Assembly (NCBI GenBank): GCA_943359525.1 | Contig: CALRHV010000002.1 | Location: forward strand, 25,040-89,039 | Length of the DNA stretch: 64,000 bases | Direction of reading: 5' to 3' | Source: Candidatus Uhrbacteria bacterium | Lineage (GTDB): Bacteria; Patescibacteriota; Patescibacteriia; UBA9934 | Part shown: piece after piece, positions 8,931 to 19,637 of the stretch | How positions within the stretch are numbered: position 1 is the first letter of the stretch | How the letters are laid out: every line of letters starts with the position of its first letter | Program-made: the position numbers and the translations under genes | The notes under the pieces: generated by a model | The model's input: only the letters and a program-made list of their open reading frames with translations | What the model was told of the DNA's origin: nothing | The model's database searches: none

Positions 8931-10331
8931 ATGAAGATTTGGTTGATTGCCGCCATGAGTGCGGATGGGAAAATTGCGGAAAAGGCTGAACAGTCGTCGT
9001 TGGACTGGACCAGTGCGGAGGATACGCAGTTCTTTGTGGAAAAGACGAAAGAGGCTGGCGTGGTGGTGATGGGCCGCACGACGTTTTCTACGATCGGCAA
9101 GGGTTTGAAGGATCGACGGGTTATCGTCATGACAAAGAATCCAACCGAAGCGACTCCGGTCGAGGGCGTCGAATTCACGAACAACTCGCCAGCTGATCTC
9201 GTGAAGCGCCTCATTAGCGAGGGCGTCGAAACACTCGCGCTTGGTGGGGGAGCTTCCGTGTACAGCCAGTTTCTCGATGCCGGTTTGGTCGATGAAGTCT
9301 TTTTAACTCTCGAGCCATTCTTGTTCGGCAACGGCGTTCCACTCGGTGAGAAATTTGCTCGTGTGAATCTCGAACTCGTCGATACACGAAAGCTGAATGC
9401 GCGGAGCGTTCTCTTGCACTACCGCGTACAACGATCGTTCATGAAACCGGTGATCGAGCGTACTGTGGATTGGCAGTATCATCATTTGCTCAAAAAGATT
9501 CTTGAGGAAGGTGTAGACGTAAAGCCGATTCAGGGCGAAGGATCGCGGATGCTTTTGGGTGCGCAGATGCATTTCGATTTAGCGAACGGATTTCCGATGA
9601 TCACCGAGCGCGATCTTGGCGGCAGATTTATGATCGGTGCACTCGGCGAGCACTTCGCATTCCTTCACGGCGCACGAACGCAAGAAGAATTGAAGGCGTT
9701 TGGTTGTGCGTGGTGGAAGAAGTGGGTAACGAAAGAGCGATGCGACATCTTCGGCTTACCGGAAGGTGATCTCGGTCCAGGCAGTTACGGCCCAGCATGG
9801 ACAGCGTTTCCAACGAGTGAAGGCGAGCCGTTCAATCAAATCGAACACGTCGTGAAGCAGATCAAAGAGCGACCAAACTTGCGTACGCATATCATTTCGC
9901 CGTGGATTCCACAGTACACATTGCAGCATTCGGGAATTCCTCCTCGAAAAGTCGTTGTTGCACCATGTCACGGGTATTTGCATATCCTCGTGTTCCCGGA
10001 AACGAAGCAGATTTCGGTTCACCACTTTCAGCGGAGTGGTGACGTTCCCGTTGGCGTCGTCTTTAACATCATCCAATACGCCGCGTTCACAATGATGATC
10101 GCACAGGCAACGGGCTACACGCCAAAGGAGCTCGTGTACACTATTTCCGACGCACACATTTACGAAAGTCAGTTTGAACACGTAAAACAACTCCTCGATC
10201 GCGAGCCTCGCGTGTTCCCAACGATGTACATGGATTCCACGGTGAACGATCTTCTCGATTTCCGTCCAGAGCATTTCACCGTTGCCGACTACACGCCGCA
10301 CGAGGCGATGATTATTCCGACTCCGGTTTAG
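8931..10331 (+). CDS. thyA: Dihydrofolate reductase-thymidylate synthase fusion
   Basis: N-terminal DHFR/RibD-C fold (AMSADGKI, MGRTTF, GGASVY) in frame with ThyA (APCH, QRSGD..G..FN, DAHIY). Confidence 0.9.
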   Translation: MKIWLIAAMSADGKIAEKAEQSSLDWTSAEDTQFFVEKTKEAGVVVMGRTTFSTIGKGLKDRRVIVMTKNPTEATPVEGVEFTNNSPADLVKRLISEGVETLALGGGASVYSQFLDAGLVDEVFLTLEPFLFGNGVPLGEKFARVNLELVDTRKLNARSVLLHYRVQRSFMKPVIERTVDWQYHHLLKKILEEGVDVKPIQGEGSRMLLGAQMHFDLANGFPMITERDLGGRFMIGALGEHFAFLHGARTQEELKAFGCAWWKKWVTKERCDIFGLPEGDLGPGSYGPAWTAFPTSEGEPFNQIEHVVKQIKERPNLRTHIISPWIPQYTLQHSGIPPRKVVVAPCHGYLHILVFPETKQISVHHFQRSGDVPVGVVFNIIQYAAFTMMIAQATGYTPKELVYTISDAHIYESQFEHVKQLLDREPRVFPTMYMDSTVNDLLDFRPEHFTVADYTPHEAMIIPTPV

Positions 10332-10336
10332 TGTCC

Positions 10337-10416
10337 GTCATTCTGAGCGAAGCGAAGAATCTCTCGTAGGTGATCCGGATAGCCTGCGAAAGACCCTTCG
10401 CTACGCTCAGGGTGAC
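10337..10416. repeat. CGTC-type REP dimer (GTCATTCTGAGCG family A)
   Basis: GTCATTCTGAGCGAAGCGAAGAATCT...AGACCCTTCGCTACGCTCAGGGTGAC; other copies at 34414, 50414 and 51928. Confidence 0.85.
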
Positions 10417-10441
10417 TCATCGAGAAGTTAAACGAAGTTTT

Positions 10442-10888
10442 ATGGGGGATCTTTTCGTCAACAAACAGAATGCTCGACCGGGAGTGTATGAGGATGCAAT
10501 CAATCGCATTGCGAAAGAGAGCGTCTGTCCGTTTTGTCCTGAGCATCTTGCGGAGTTTCACAAGCGGCCGATGGAACGCGGAACGTATTGGATTGCCACA
10601 GAGAACATGTATCCGTATACGCCGAGCAAGCAGCACGTGATGTTCATTCACATCGAACACATCAATCACATCGGTGAGATTTCTCCTGAGGCGTGGGCCG
10701 AGCTCGGAATGCTTGTTCGCGAACAGACTGCGAAGCGCGACATTGCTGGTGGAACATTTTATTTACGATTCGGCGACACGCGATTTACCGGAGCATCGGT
10801 AACGCATCTTCACGCGAATATCATTCAATCTGATCCCGATGACGCGTCGTACGATCCCAAGAAGGGGCTATGGACTCGCGTCGGTTAG
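10442..10888 (+). CDS. HIT-family nucleotide hydrolase
   Basis: CPFC, N.YPY...H and GASVTHLHANII (HxHxN variant of the HIT motif). Confidence 0.85.
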   Translation: MGDLFVNKQNARPGVYEDAINRIAKESVCPFCPEHLAEFHKRPMERGTYWIATENMYPYTPSKQHVMFIHIEHINHIGEISPEAWAELGMLVREQTAKRDIAGGTFYLRFGDTRFTGASVTHLHANIIQSDPDDASYDPKKGLWTRVG

Positions 10889-11701
10889 ATCGACGAGTAC
10901 GATCTCAATTCCGTACGCCTTCAAAATCTCTTCGGCATCGAGCAGTGAGTAGCCTTTGTGGTAATAGACTCTTTTGATTCCGGCTTCGGCGAGTAAGCGT
11001 GCGCAATTCGGGCAGGGGAATGTGGTAACGAATGCCTCGACGCCGTTTAACGACGTGCCGTTTTTGGCGCTTTGTGCGACTGCGAGCGCTTCGGAGTGAA
11101 TCGATGTTGCGATATCGATATGCTGGCCTGCGTCAAAAATTGTTCGTGGATCGCCGTTGATTGCAAGGTGATAATCGGTGGGGAGATGTCGGTTGTGGCT
11201 CTGTACGACGATGATTCCGTCTTTAACGAGGACCGTTCCAACCTGACGCCACCAGTCCGAACTTTTCATCGATTCAGAGACTGCGAGGTTCATCATCGAT
11301 TTCGAAAATTCGTCAGAAGTGATCATTCGATGCGGTGCGACGATATTTTCCCGTAGCGTCGGCATTTTGTCCCATCGAAGGAAGATCGATTCAAATACGG
11401 CGCGATCGGCGAAATGCTGCTTGGCGAGCACACGTGAAACGTCTTCATCGGGCATCACAATCGATGATTCCGATTGGGCGAGATCGAGGAGATCGGATTT
11501 TGAAAGTACGCGAACTGAAGAGAATATCCCGAGGCTCTCGATTACGATCTTCATCACTGCAGGATCAACCACACGGCAGTCTCGGGTGAGCGATGTGAAA
11601 TCAGCGATGATGTCTGCACCAAGAATGCCCAGCGTGTCGGGGTATTTTTTGAAGAGATCGATATATCCTTTGTGGAGAACCGGTACGAACGCAACGAGCA
11701 T
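10868..11701 (-). CDS. dCMP deaminase-family protein with extra N-terminal domain
   Basis: HSE...PCPNC zinc motif and AGIKRVYY; N-terminal ~125 aa with PVLHKGY. Confidence 0.85.
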   Translation of the reverse strand: MLVAFVPVLHKGYIDLFKKYPDTLGILGADIIADFTSLTRDCRVVDPAVMKIVIESLGIFSSVRVLSKSDLLDLAQSESSIVMPDEDVSRVLAKQHFADRAVFESIFLRWDKMPTLRENIVAPHRMITSDEFSKSMMNLAVSESMKSSDWWRQVGTVLVKDGIIVVQSHNRHLPTDYHLAINGDPRTIFDAGQHIDIATSIHSEALAVAQSAKNGTSLNGVEAFVTTFPCPNCARLLAEAGIKRVYYHKGYSLLDAEEILKAYGIEIVLVDLTDASP

Positions 11702-11703
11702 AC

Positions 11704-12294
11704 TTAGCCTTCGCGAATCTTGCTGACGAAATTCGTCATGAGTGCGCTGACTTCTTTTGCGAGATCTTCAACTCCTTCGATGGTGAGATTGCGCACACGT
11801 GCTGTGGTTGTGGTTGTGGCTTGTGGCGGAAGAATAACGATTTCTCCGCAGTGTTGTTTGTAGCCCTCAACATCGATTGGTCCGACATCTGTGGTGGACG
11901 ACGAAAACACCATAACATCGGGTTTGACGATTTCAATAATGTCGCCAATTCCGTGATGCGCTTCCTTGATCGTTACCAGGTCCACGTGACGAAGGTGAAG
12001 CAGCATGTTGATGCGTTCGGCTTGTGGGACGATTGGGCGCTTTGGCCCTTTGCGGATCTTTGTTAATTCATCGGAATCCACGCCAACAATAAGAATATCG
12101 CCAAGGGACTTTGCCTTCTCGAGGTATGCCGCGTGACCTTCGTGAATAAGGTCGTACACGCCTTGGGTGAGTACAATCTTCATTCCGAGTGCCTTGAGGC
12201 TCTGGACGAGGACGCGAAGACGCTCTTGGTCTGGAACGCAACGCTTTTCAATGTTCGATCCTGGACCAAACGGATCGTGGTAGGCGGACGACAT
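11704..12294 (-). CDS. Cytidylyl/adenylyltransferase family protein (RfaE domain II / TagD-like)
   Basis: GVYDLIHEGH, LIVGVDSD, KGPKRP and TTT motifs. Confidence 0.88.
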   Translation of the reverse strand: MSSAYHDPFGPGSNIEKRCVPDQERLRVLVQSLKALGMKIVLTQGVYDLIHEGHAAYLEKAKSLGDILIVGVDSDELTKIRKGPKRPIVPQAERINMLLHLRHVDLVTIKEAHHGIGDIIEIVKPDVMVFSSSTTDVGPIDVEGYKQHCGEIVILPPQATTTTTARVRNLTIEGVEDLAKEVSALMTNFVSKIREG

Positions 12295-12421
12295 ATGCCC
12301 CGAGTTTAGCAGTGATCGGCAGGATGCATAATCGATCATGTGGACAAACAAAATCCCCTCGGATTCTTTCGAATCGAGGGGATTCCGGCTACTGCCAACT
12401 GCCTACGTCCTACTGCCTTTT

Positions 12422-13108
12422 TTACACCGATGCTTCGTCGAGTTTAATCGCTGGGCCCATTGTTGAGGTCATCGTGACCGACTTCATGTAGATACCCTTG
12501 CTCGATGCTGGCTTTACCTTGCGAATGGCTTCGATGGCAACCGCGAGGTTTGCGACAAGATTTTCTGCGCTGAACGATACCTTTCCAACGATCATGTGGA
12601 CGTTGGCGGTGTTGTCGTTCTTAAACGCAACCTTTCCACCTTTCTGTTCTTCGATGATCTTCCCAATGTTCGGACCAACGGTGTCGGTCTTTGGGTTTGG
12701 CATTAAGCCGCGAGGTCCAAGAATCTTTGCGGCCTTGGCAAGCTTTGGCATCATGCTTGGAACAGCGACGGCAACGTCGAAGTCGATTTTTCCGGTGCGG
12801 ATAATCGTCTCGAGCACTTCTTCGGTTCCAATGATGTCTGCACCTGCTGCCTTTGCTGCAGCCTCATTATTTGCGTCAACGAAGGCAATCACACGCTTTG
12901 TCTTGCCGGTGCCGTGTGGCAACGTCACGGTTCCACGGATCTGTTGATCACCCTGCTTTGGATCGACTCCAAGTGCGAAGTGCAATTCAACCGTCTCGTC
13001 GAACTTTGCCTTTGCGGTGTCCTTCAAGAGCGCGACAGCGTCCTTCACGGCGTAAAATTTCTTTTTGTCGATCATCTGCTTTGCAGTAGCCATTCGCTTG
13101 CCGATCAT
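12422..13108 (-). CDS. rplA: 50S ribosomal protein L1
   Basis: KFDETVE, LPHGTGK, LGPRGLMPNPK and STMGP motifs. Confidence 0.98.
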   Translation of the reverse strand: MIGKRMATAKQMIDKKKFYAVKDAVALLKDTAKAKFDETVELHFALGVDPKQGDQQIRGTVTLPHGTGKTKRVIAFVDANNEAAAKAAGADIIGTEEVLETIIRTGKIDFDVAVAVPSMMPKLAKAAKILGPRGLMPNPKTDTVGPNIGKIIEEQKGGKVAFKNDNTANVHMIVGKVSFSAENLVANLAVAIEAIRKVKPASSKGIYMKSVTMTSTMGPAIKLDEASV

Positions 13109-13117
13109 AGGTTTGTG

Positions 13118-13149
13118 TGTGGTACTAGCGATCGAATCGATCTCCCACG
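13118..13149 (-). promoter_or_regulatory. Putative L1-binding autogenous control site upstream of rplA
   Basis: Minus strand reads GTGGGAG-hairpin-TACCAC, resembling the L1 mRNA target. Confidence 0.55.
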
Positions 13150-13159
13150 AAGTTAGGAT

Positions 13160-13444
13160 TTATTTTTCTTTGTGCTGTTTTTCCCACTGACGCATAAAGA
13201 AGCGGAAGTGGAACCAGAACAGTGGAACGCTGACGATGAGGAGTCCGATGCCGTCGACGAGGTTGTCGAGTAAGCCTTGTCGAACGGATTCAAGAGTTTC
13301 TCTGCTTCCAACAACATTTGCGGAAGGAATGAGAAGGTGAAGGCCGTTGGTAGCGAGGCTGATCGCTCCAGTAAGGACGAGCATGCCAGTGATGAACGAT
13401 ACAATGGTGAAGTAGCTTGGCCAGGCACGTTTATGATTGTCCAT
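13160..13444 (-). CDS. Small two-TM membrane protein (DUF5671-like)
   Basis: Two hydrophobic helices ending in VPLFWFH; lies between rplK and rplA. Confidence 0.65.
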   Translation of the reverse strand: MDNHKRAWPSYFTIVSFITGMLVLTGAISLATNGLHLLIPSANVVGSRETLESVRQGLLDNLVDGIGLLIVSVPLFWFHFRFFMRQWEKQHKEK

Positions 13445-13481
13445 AGGGTACAGATGAAAAATCTTGTCCCAAGGATACCAT

Positions 13482-13907
13482 TTACGCGACGACGTCTACT
13501 CCCATCTGCCGACACGTTCCTGCAATGATCTTCATGGCAGCTTCCACGTTGGTCGTGTTCAGGTCTGGCATTTTCTTCATTGCAACTTCGCGGAGCTGAG
13601 CCTGGGTGATTTTCCCCACCTTTTCGGTGAGCGGCTTTCCAGATCCCTTTTCGATTCCCGTGATTTTTTTCACGAGATCGCTAGCTGGAGCCGTCTTCAA
13701 GATGAAGCTGAACGAACGGTCTTCGTAAATAGTGATGATCGCTGGAACAGTCTCTCCCATGCGGTCCTGTGTTGCTGCGTTGAATTCCTGCACGAACTGC
13801 TGAATGTTTACACCCTGCGCACCAAGCGCTGGTCCGAGTGGAGGTGCTGGTGTTGCTCGACCTCCGATTGACTGGACTTTGATGACAGCCTTTATTTTTT
13901 TGGCCAT
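13482..13907 (-). CDS. rplK: 50S ribosomal protein L11
   Basis: [12 protein letters not shown] and KMPDLN motifs. Confidence 0.98.
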   Translation of the reverse strand: MAKKIKAVIKVQSIGGRATPAPPLGPALGAQGVNIQQFVQEFNAATQDRMGETVPAIITIYEDRSFSFILKTAPASDLVKKITGIEKGSGKPLTEKVGKITQAQLREVAMKKMPDLNTTNVEAAMKIIAGTCRQMGVDVVA

Positions 13908-14099
13908 ACGATCGTATTTATAGTAGATTCCCTCGATCTCCTTTCGGAGAATCTCGAGCAACTACATCGTTATTTAGTGCCAGGATTGTGCCAGGATTGG
14001 CGGAAATAGTCAATAAAACGCCTTGGAGCCCTTGGGGATGATCTCGTTGACCACGATCGCGATGAAAGATATCCTCAAGATAATCTTTGGATCACTTCT

Positions 14100-14336
14100 A
14101 TGAAAGCAAAAAATATCATCGGTCTGAAGGAGCTCCGTGAAAATGTGGCTTCGTACGCAAAGAAAGTGGGGAAGGGCGAATCGTTTATCGTTTGTAGGCG
14201 ATCACGTCCGCTGTTTCGCATTTCGTCGGTCGATCATGAGGACGAAAGCGACTGGAAGACGTTTATTGATTTCACAAAATATCGAAAGGGCGGAATTCCT
14301 GCACAAGAGCTTCTGAAAATCATGAAGGCGATGTAA
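14100..14336 (+). CDS. Phd/YefM-family antitoxin
   Basis: IGLKELRENV...V..GE...I..R.RP pattern; directly upstream of a RelE-like gene. Confidence 0.8.
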   Translation: MKAKNIIGLKELRENVASYAKKVGKGESFIVCRRSRPLFRISSVDHEDESDWKTFIDFTKYRKGGIPAQELLKIMKAM

Positions 14337-14338
14337 GT

Positions 14339-14581
14339 ATGGTTACGCGTATTCAGAAGGTGCTCAAGAGGATGTCTCGACGCGACTTCCTCGATGTTCA
14401 AGAGACGATCGAGCAAGTCCTTTCTTGGGATCTTGAGGGTCTCGATGTGAAAAAGCTTCAAGGAAAGACGGAGGAATATCGTGTTCGTCGCGGATCGTAT
14501 CGTATTATTTTCACTCGTCGATCCGATGGCGAAGTGAAGATCCTCGAAGTTGAACGGCGAGATGAATCGACCTACACATAA
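14339..14581 (+). CDS. RelE/ParE-family toxin
   Basis: KKLQG...YRVRRGSYRIIF...RR...Y motif. Confidence 0.8.
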   Translation: MVTRIQKVLKRMSRRDFLDVQETIEQVLSWDLEGLDVKKLQGKTEEYRVRRGSYRIIFTRRSDGEVKILEVERRDESTYT

Positions 14582-14629
14582 AAATCACTCCGAATTGCTC
14601 GGAGTGATTTTTTCGATCGGCGAATCCGA

Positions 14630-15175
14630 TTACACCTTCTTTACCTGCAAGAAATCCAGTTCCAGCGGTGTTTCGCGGCCGAACATGGAAACCATGACCT
14701 TTACCTTTCCGCGAGACATGTCTACGTCGTCCACCTTTCCTTGCTGGCCCTTGAACGGACCGTCGGTGATGGCAACGAGGGAACCCTTTTCCACGTCGAT
14801 CTTGAATTCTGGTTCTGCAACGCCCACGCGCTTCATGAGATCGTCCACCTGTTCCTGTGGGATCGGCGTTGGAGTATTTCCTGTGCCAATGAAGCCGGTG
14901 ACGTTTGGCGTGTTGCGTACCACGTACCAAGAATCGTCGGTTACGATCATTTCCACGAGCACATAGCCTGGGAAAATCTTTTCTTCAATCACCTTACGCG
15001 CACCGTTCTTGATTTTGATTTTCTTTTCCTTTGGCACAAGGATCGCGAAGATTTTCTCCTCCATGTCCATAGTGCTCATACGCTGGGTGAGCGCCTCCAC
15101 CACACTCTCTTCGTATCCCGAGTACGTGTGAATCACGTACCAACGTCGGCCGTAATTGGCGGTTTGTTTTGCCAT
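14630..15175 (-). CDS. nusG: Transcription elongation factor NusG
   Basis: WYVIHTYSGYE, FPGYVLV and KOW domain GPF...MFGRETP. Confidence 0.98.
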   Translation of the reverse strand: MAKQTANYGRRWYVIHTYSGYEESVVEALTQRMSTMDMEEKIFAILVPKEKKIKIKNGARKVIEEKIFPGYVLVEMIVTDDSWYVVRNTPNVTGFIGTGNTPTPIPQEQVDDLMKRVGVAEPEFKIDVEKGSLVAITDGPFKGQQGKVDDVDMSRGKVKVMVSMFGRETPLELDFLQVKKV

Positions 15176-15177
15176 AC

Positions 15178-15381
15178 TTAGACTTTCGAAACAAGGAATT
15201 CAAGGCCCTTGCTCAAGCCAAGATCGAGTGCGCCAATGAATGCTGCGGTGGCAAGGCTGAGAACGAGAACAATCACGGAATACGTGATGGTGTCTTTGCG
15301 ACTTGGCCAAGAAACCTTTTCCAGCTCCATTCGTGCCTCACGGAAGTACTTCACCGCTGGATTATTGAGAATACGTTGCAT
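15178..15381 (-). CDS. secE: Preprotein translocase SecE
   Basis: ELEKVSWPSR followed by one TM helix; upstream of nusG. Confidence 0.95.
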   Translation of the reverse strand: MQRILNNPAVKYFREARMELEKVSWPSRKDTITYSVIVLVLSLATAAFIGALDLGLSKGLEFLVSKV

Positions 15382-15504
15382 AAAACTATTAAAAAAGAGC
15401 CTTTCGGCTGATGGGAAGAATATACACGGATTTGGACGGGGGAGCAAGGGGACCGGTGGAAAACGAACGCGGCGGCCGGTGAGGGCCGCCGCGAGGCGTG
15501 GGGT

Positions 15505-16356
15505 TTAGCGCTTCTTGAGGCGCTGCCTGGCCGTTTGTTCGACGACGTGGGTGAGCATGCTGGCGAGCCGTTTCTGGTTCGCGATCATCGTTTCGGTGTT
15601 GCCTTTGTGGCTGTGCGGATCGTTCAGCCCGTTGCTGATGCAGGTGATCGGCACTACGAACGCGTGCTTGCCGGTCTTGAGATCATCCTGCTCCACAAAG
15701 CTCGCGAAGCACTCTGTTTCCGCCGATCCACTCATGCCCACACACTGGATGCCGGGTTGATCCACTCGCAGCCGATTCCCCGGGCTTTCCAGCGCCGGCC
15801 CTTGGTTCACGGCGAGGTTGCCGATATGTACGCGGCCGACAGGCACGGATCCCCAGATGGTTTGCATCAGGTCATGGCGGATCATTGGGCCCGGTACCGG
15901 GAATGGCGGTCCATCTACAGGCGACGGACAGTGCGACACGATGTCCATGACGACGACGAGGTCGCCTTTCCGGATGCAATCGCGCATTCCGCCGCTGGCC
16001 GATGTGAGGATGAGCTTGCGGATTCCCAGCTCCCACAGAATCCGCATGAGAAGGTACACCGCGTCGCGGTTTCCTTCGTACATGTGGATGCGCCCGGAAA
16101 CCACGAGTACTCGCTTGCCGCCGATGATCGCGATGCCGATCATTCGAGCGTGACCCGACAGGTCGGCGAGCGTGCCGAAGAGCGGATGGATGTCTGCGAG
16201 CTTCATGCTCTTGATGAGCTTGACGGACCCGCCCCAGCCGGTGCCGAGCACCGCGGCAGTTTTCGTGCCGATGGCGCCGAGCTGGGTGATGACGCGTTGT
16301 GATGCTGCTTCTGCGCTTGAATTGAGTCGTTGATGGCGAGTGACGTTATCTGCCAT
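15505..16356 (-). CDS. Divergent purine nucleoside phosphorylase (trimeric PNP/MTAP family)
   Basis: VLGTGWG, GRIHMYEG, TSASGG, GPALES and VGMS motifs. Confidence 0.75.
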   Translation of the reverse strand: MADNVTRHQRLNSSAEAASQRVITQLGAIGTKTAAVLGTGWGGSVKLIKSMKLADIHPLFGTLADLSGHARMIGIAIIGGKRVLVVSGRIHMYEGNRDAVYLLMRILWELGIRKLILTSASGGMRDCIRKGDLVVVMDIVSHCPSPVDGPPFPVPGPMIRHDLMQTIWGSVPVGRVHIGNLAVNQGPALESPGNRLRVDQPGIQCVGMSGSAETECFASFVEQDDLKTGKHAFVVPITCISNGLNDPHSHKGNTETMIANQKRLASMLTHVVEQTARQRLKKR

Positions 16357-16457
16357 GGAATACTCCGTTGTTGGCGGAAAGACTGTAGCTGAATCGTCGA
16401 ATTTGGGCAAAAACAAACACCAGTCATGTGACTGGTGTTTTGAAAATTCAAGATTCA

Positions 16458-16497
16458 GACCTGACCCCGCCGTTCGCGAACGGCGGGGTGACCCTTT
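16458..16497. repeat. Palindromic REP-like element (family D)
   Basis: GACCTGACCCCGCCGTTCGCGAACGGCGGGGTGACCC; inverted copy at 57292-57331 and core at 60782. Confidence 0.8.
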
Positions 16498-16498
16498 T

Positions 16499-18649
<2,151 letters not shown>

Positions 18650-18716
18650 TCAGGAACAAGCGGTGCATGGTATAATTCTGTTGACAGAAACTAAAAGTCT
18701 TTTTGGACTTTCATTT

Positions 18717-19628
18717 GTGGCGAATCCGATTCTCTCTCCAGAACTGCAGGCCATCGAGGCGCAGAATAGGCGCGATATTCGAATTGTTGAGGCGCGTCCG
18801 AAGTTGATGCGCGTTGGTTTTGCGTTTGCGATTATTGCCGACGTGGCGATGCTCGCTTTTTTCGCGTTCGTTATTATTGGATACCTTGTTTCTGATTCGT
18901 TCACTGAACTTCGGTCTGCCGCGGGGTTCGATGATAATGTTGCAGCGATGCATGCAATCGCAAAGGGGAGTGACGCACAACAGCTGACGCTTGGACCGGC
19001 GAAAGTCGTGCAAGGAACATCAACAAGTTACGATTTTTATGCCACGGTGAAAAATACGAATACCGATTGGTATGCAACATTTACGTACAATTTTTCCGCT
19101 GGAGGAGCAGCGTCACGAACAGAGGACGGCTTCGTGATGCCGGGGGAGACGAAGTATCTCCTTTCGTTGGGCACGAAATCTGAAAGCCGACCATCCTCAC
19201 CATCAATCACGCTCGAAAATCTCGTGTGGCACCGCGTGAACCGTCACGATGCGCCAGACGTTGTGGGATGGCTTGCGGAACATGGAAACTTTTTGTTGAC
19301 GACGCCAACGTACGCCGCCGACATTGCGCTTGCGAGTGCCAACATTGGCCGAACAACCTTTACGGTTACAAATGCGTCGCCATACAGTTATTGGGAACCC
19401 CAATTTACGGTAATCCTTGAGCGCGCCGGCACCGTGGTTGGCGTATCACGCGCAACGCTTTCTCAATTTACCGCGGGCGAGATTCGCGACTCAGAAGTTC
19501 GTTGGTACGGCGAAATTCCTCTTACCGCCACCGCAACCGTTGCACCAAACGTGAATTTCTTCGATGAATCCAGTTACATGTCACCCCAAGGCAGCCAAGG
19601 AATTGATCCACGGGATTTGTTGAAGTAG
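18717..19628 (+). CDS. Membrane-anchored hypothetical protein
   Basis: Single N-terminal TM helix followed by beta-rich domains; upstream of rodA. Confidence 0.7.
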   Translation: MANPILSPELQAIEAQNRRDIRIVEARPKLMRVGFAFAIIADVAMLAFFAFVIIGYLVSDSFTELRSAAGFDDNVAAMHAIAKGSDAQQLTLGPAKVVQGTSTSYDFYATVKNTNTDWYATFTYNFSAGGAASRTEDGFVMPGETKYLLSLGTKSESRPSSPSITLENLVWHRVNRHDAPDVVGWLAEHGNFLLTTPTYAADIALASANIGRTTFTVTNASPYSYWEPQFTVILERAGTVVGVSRATLSQFTAGEIRDSEVRWYGEIPLTATATVAPNVNFFDESSYMSPQGSQGIDPRDLLK

Positions 19629-19637
19629 GCTTCCCTC

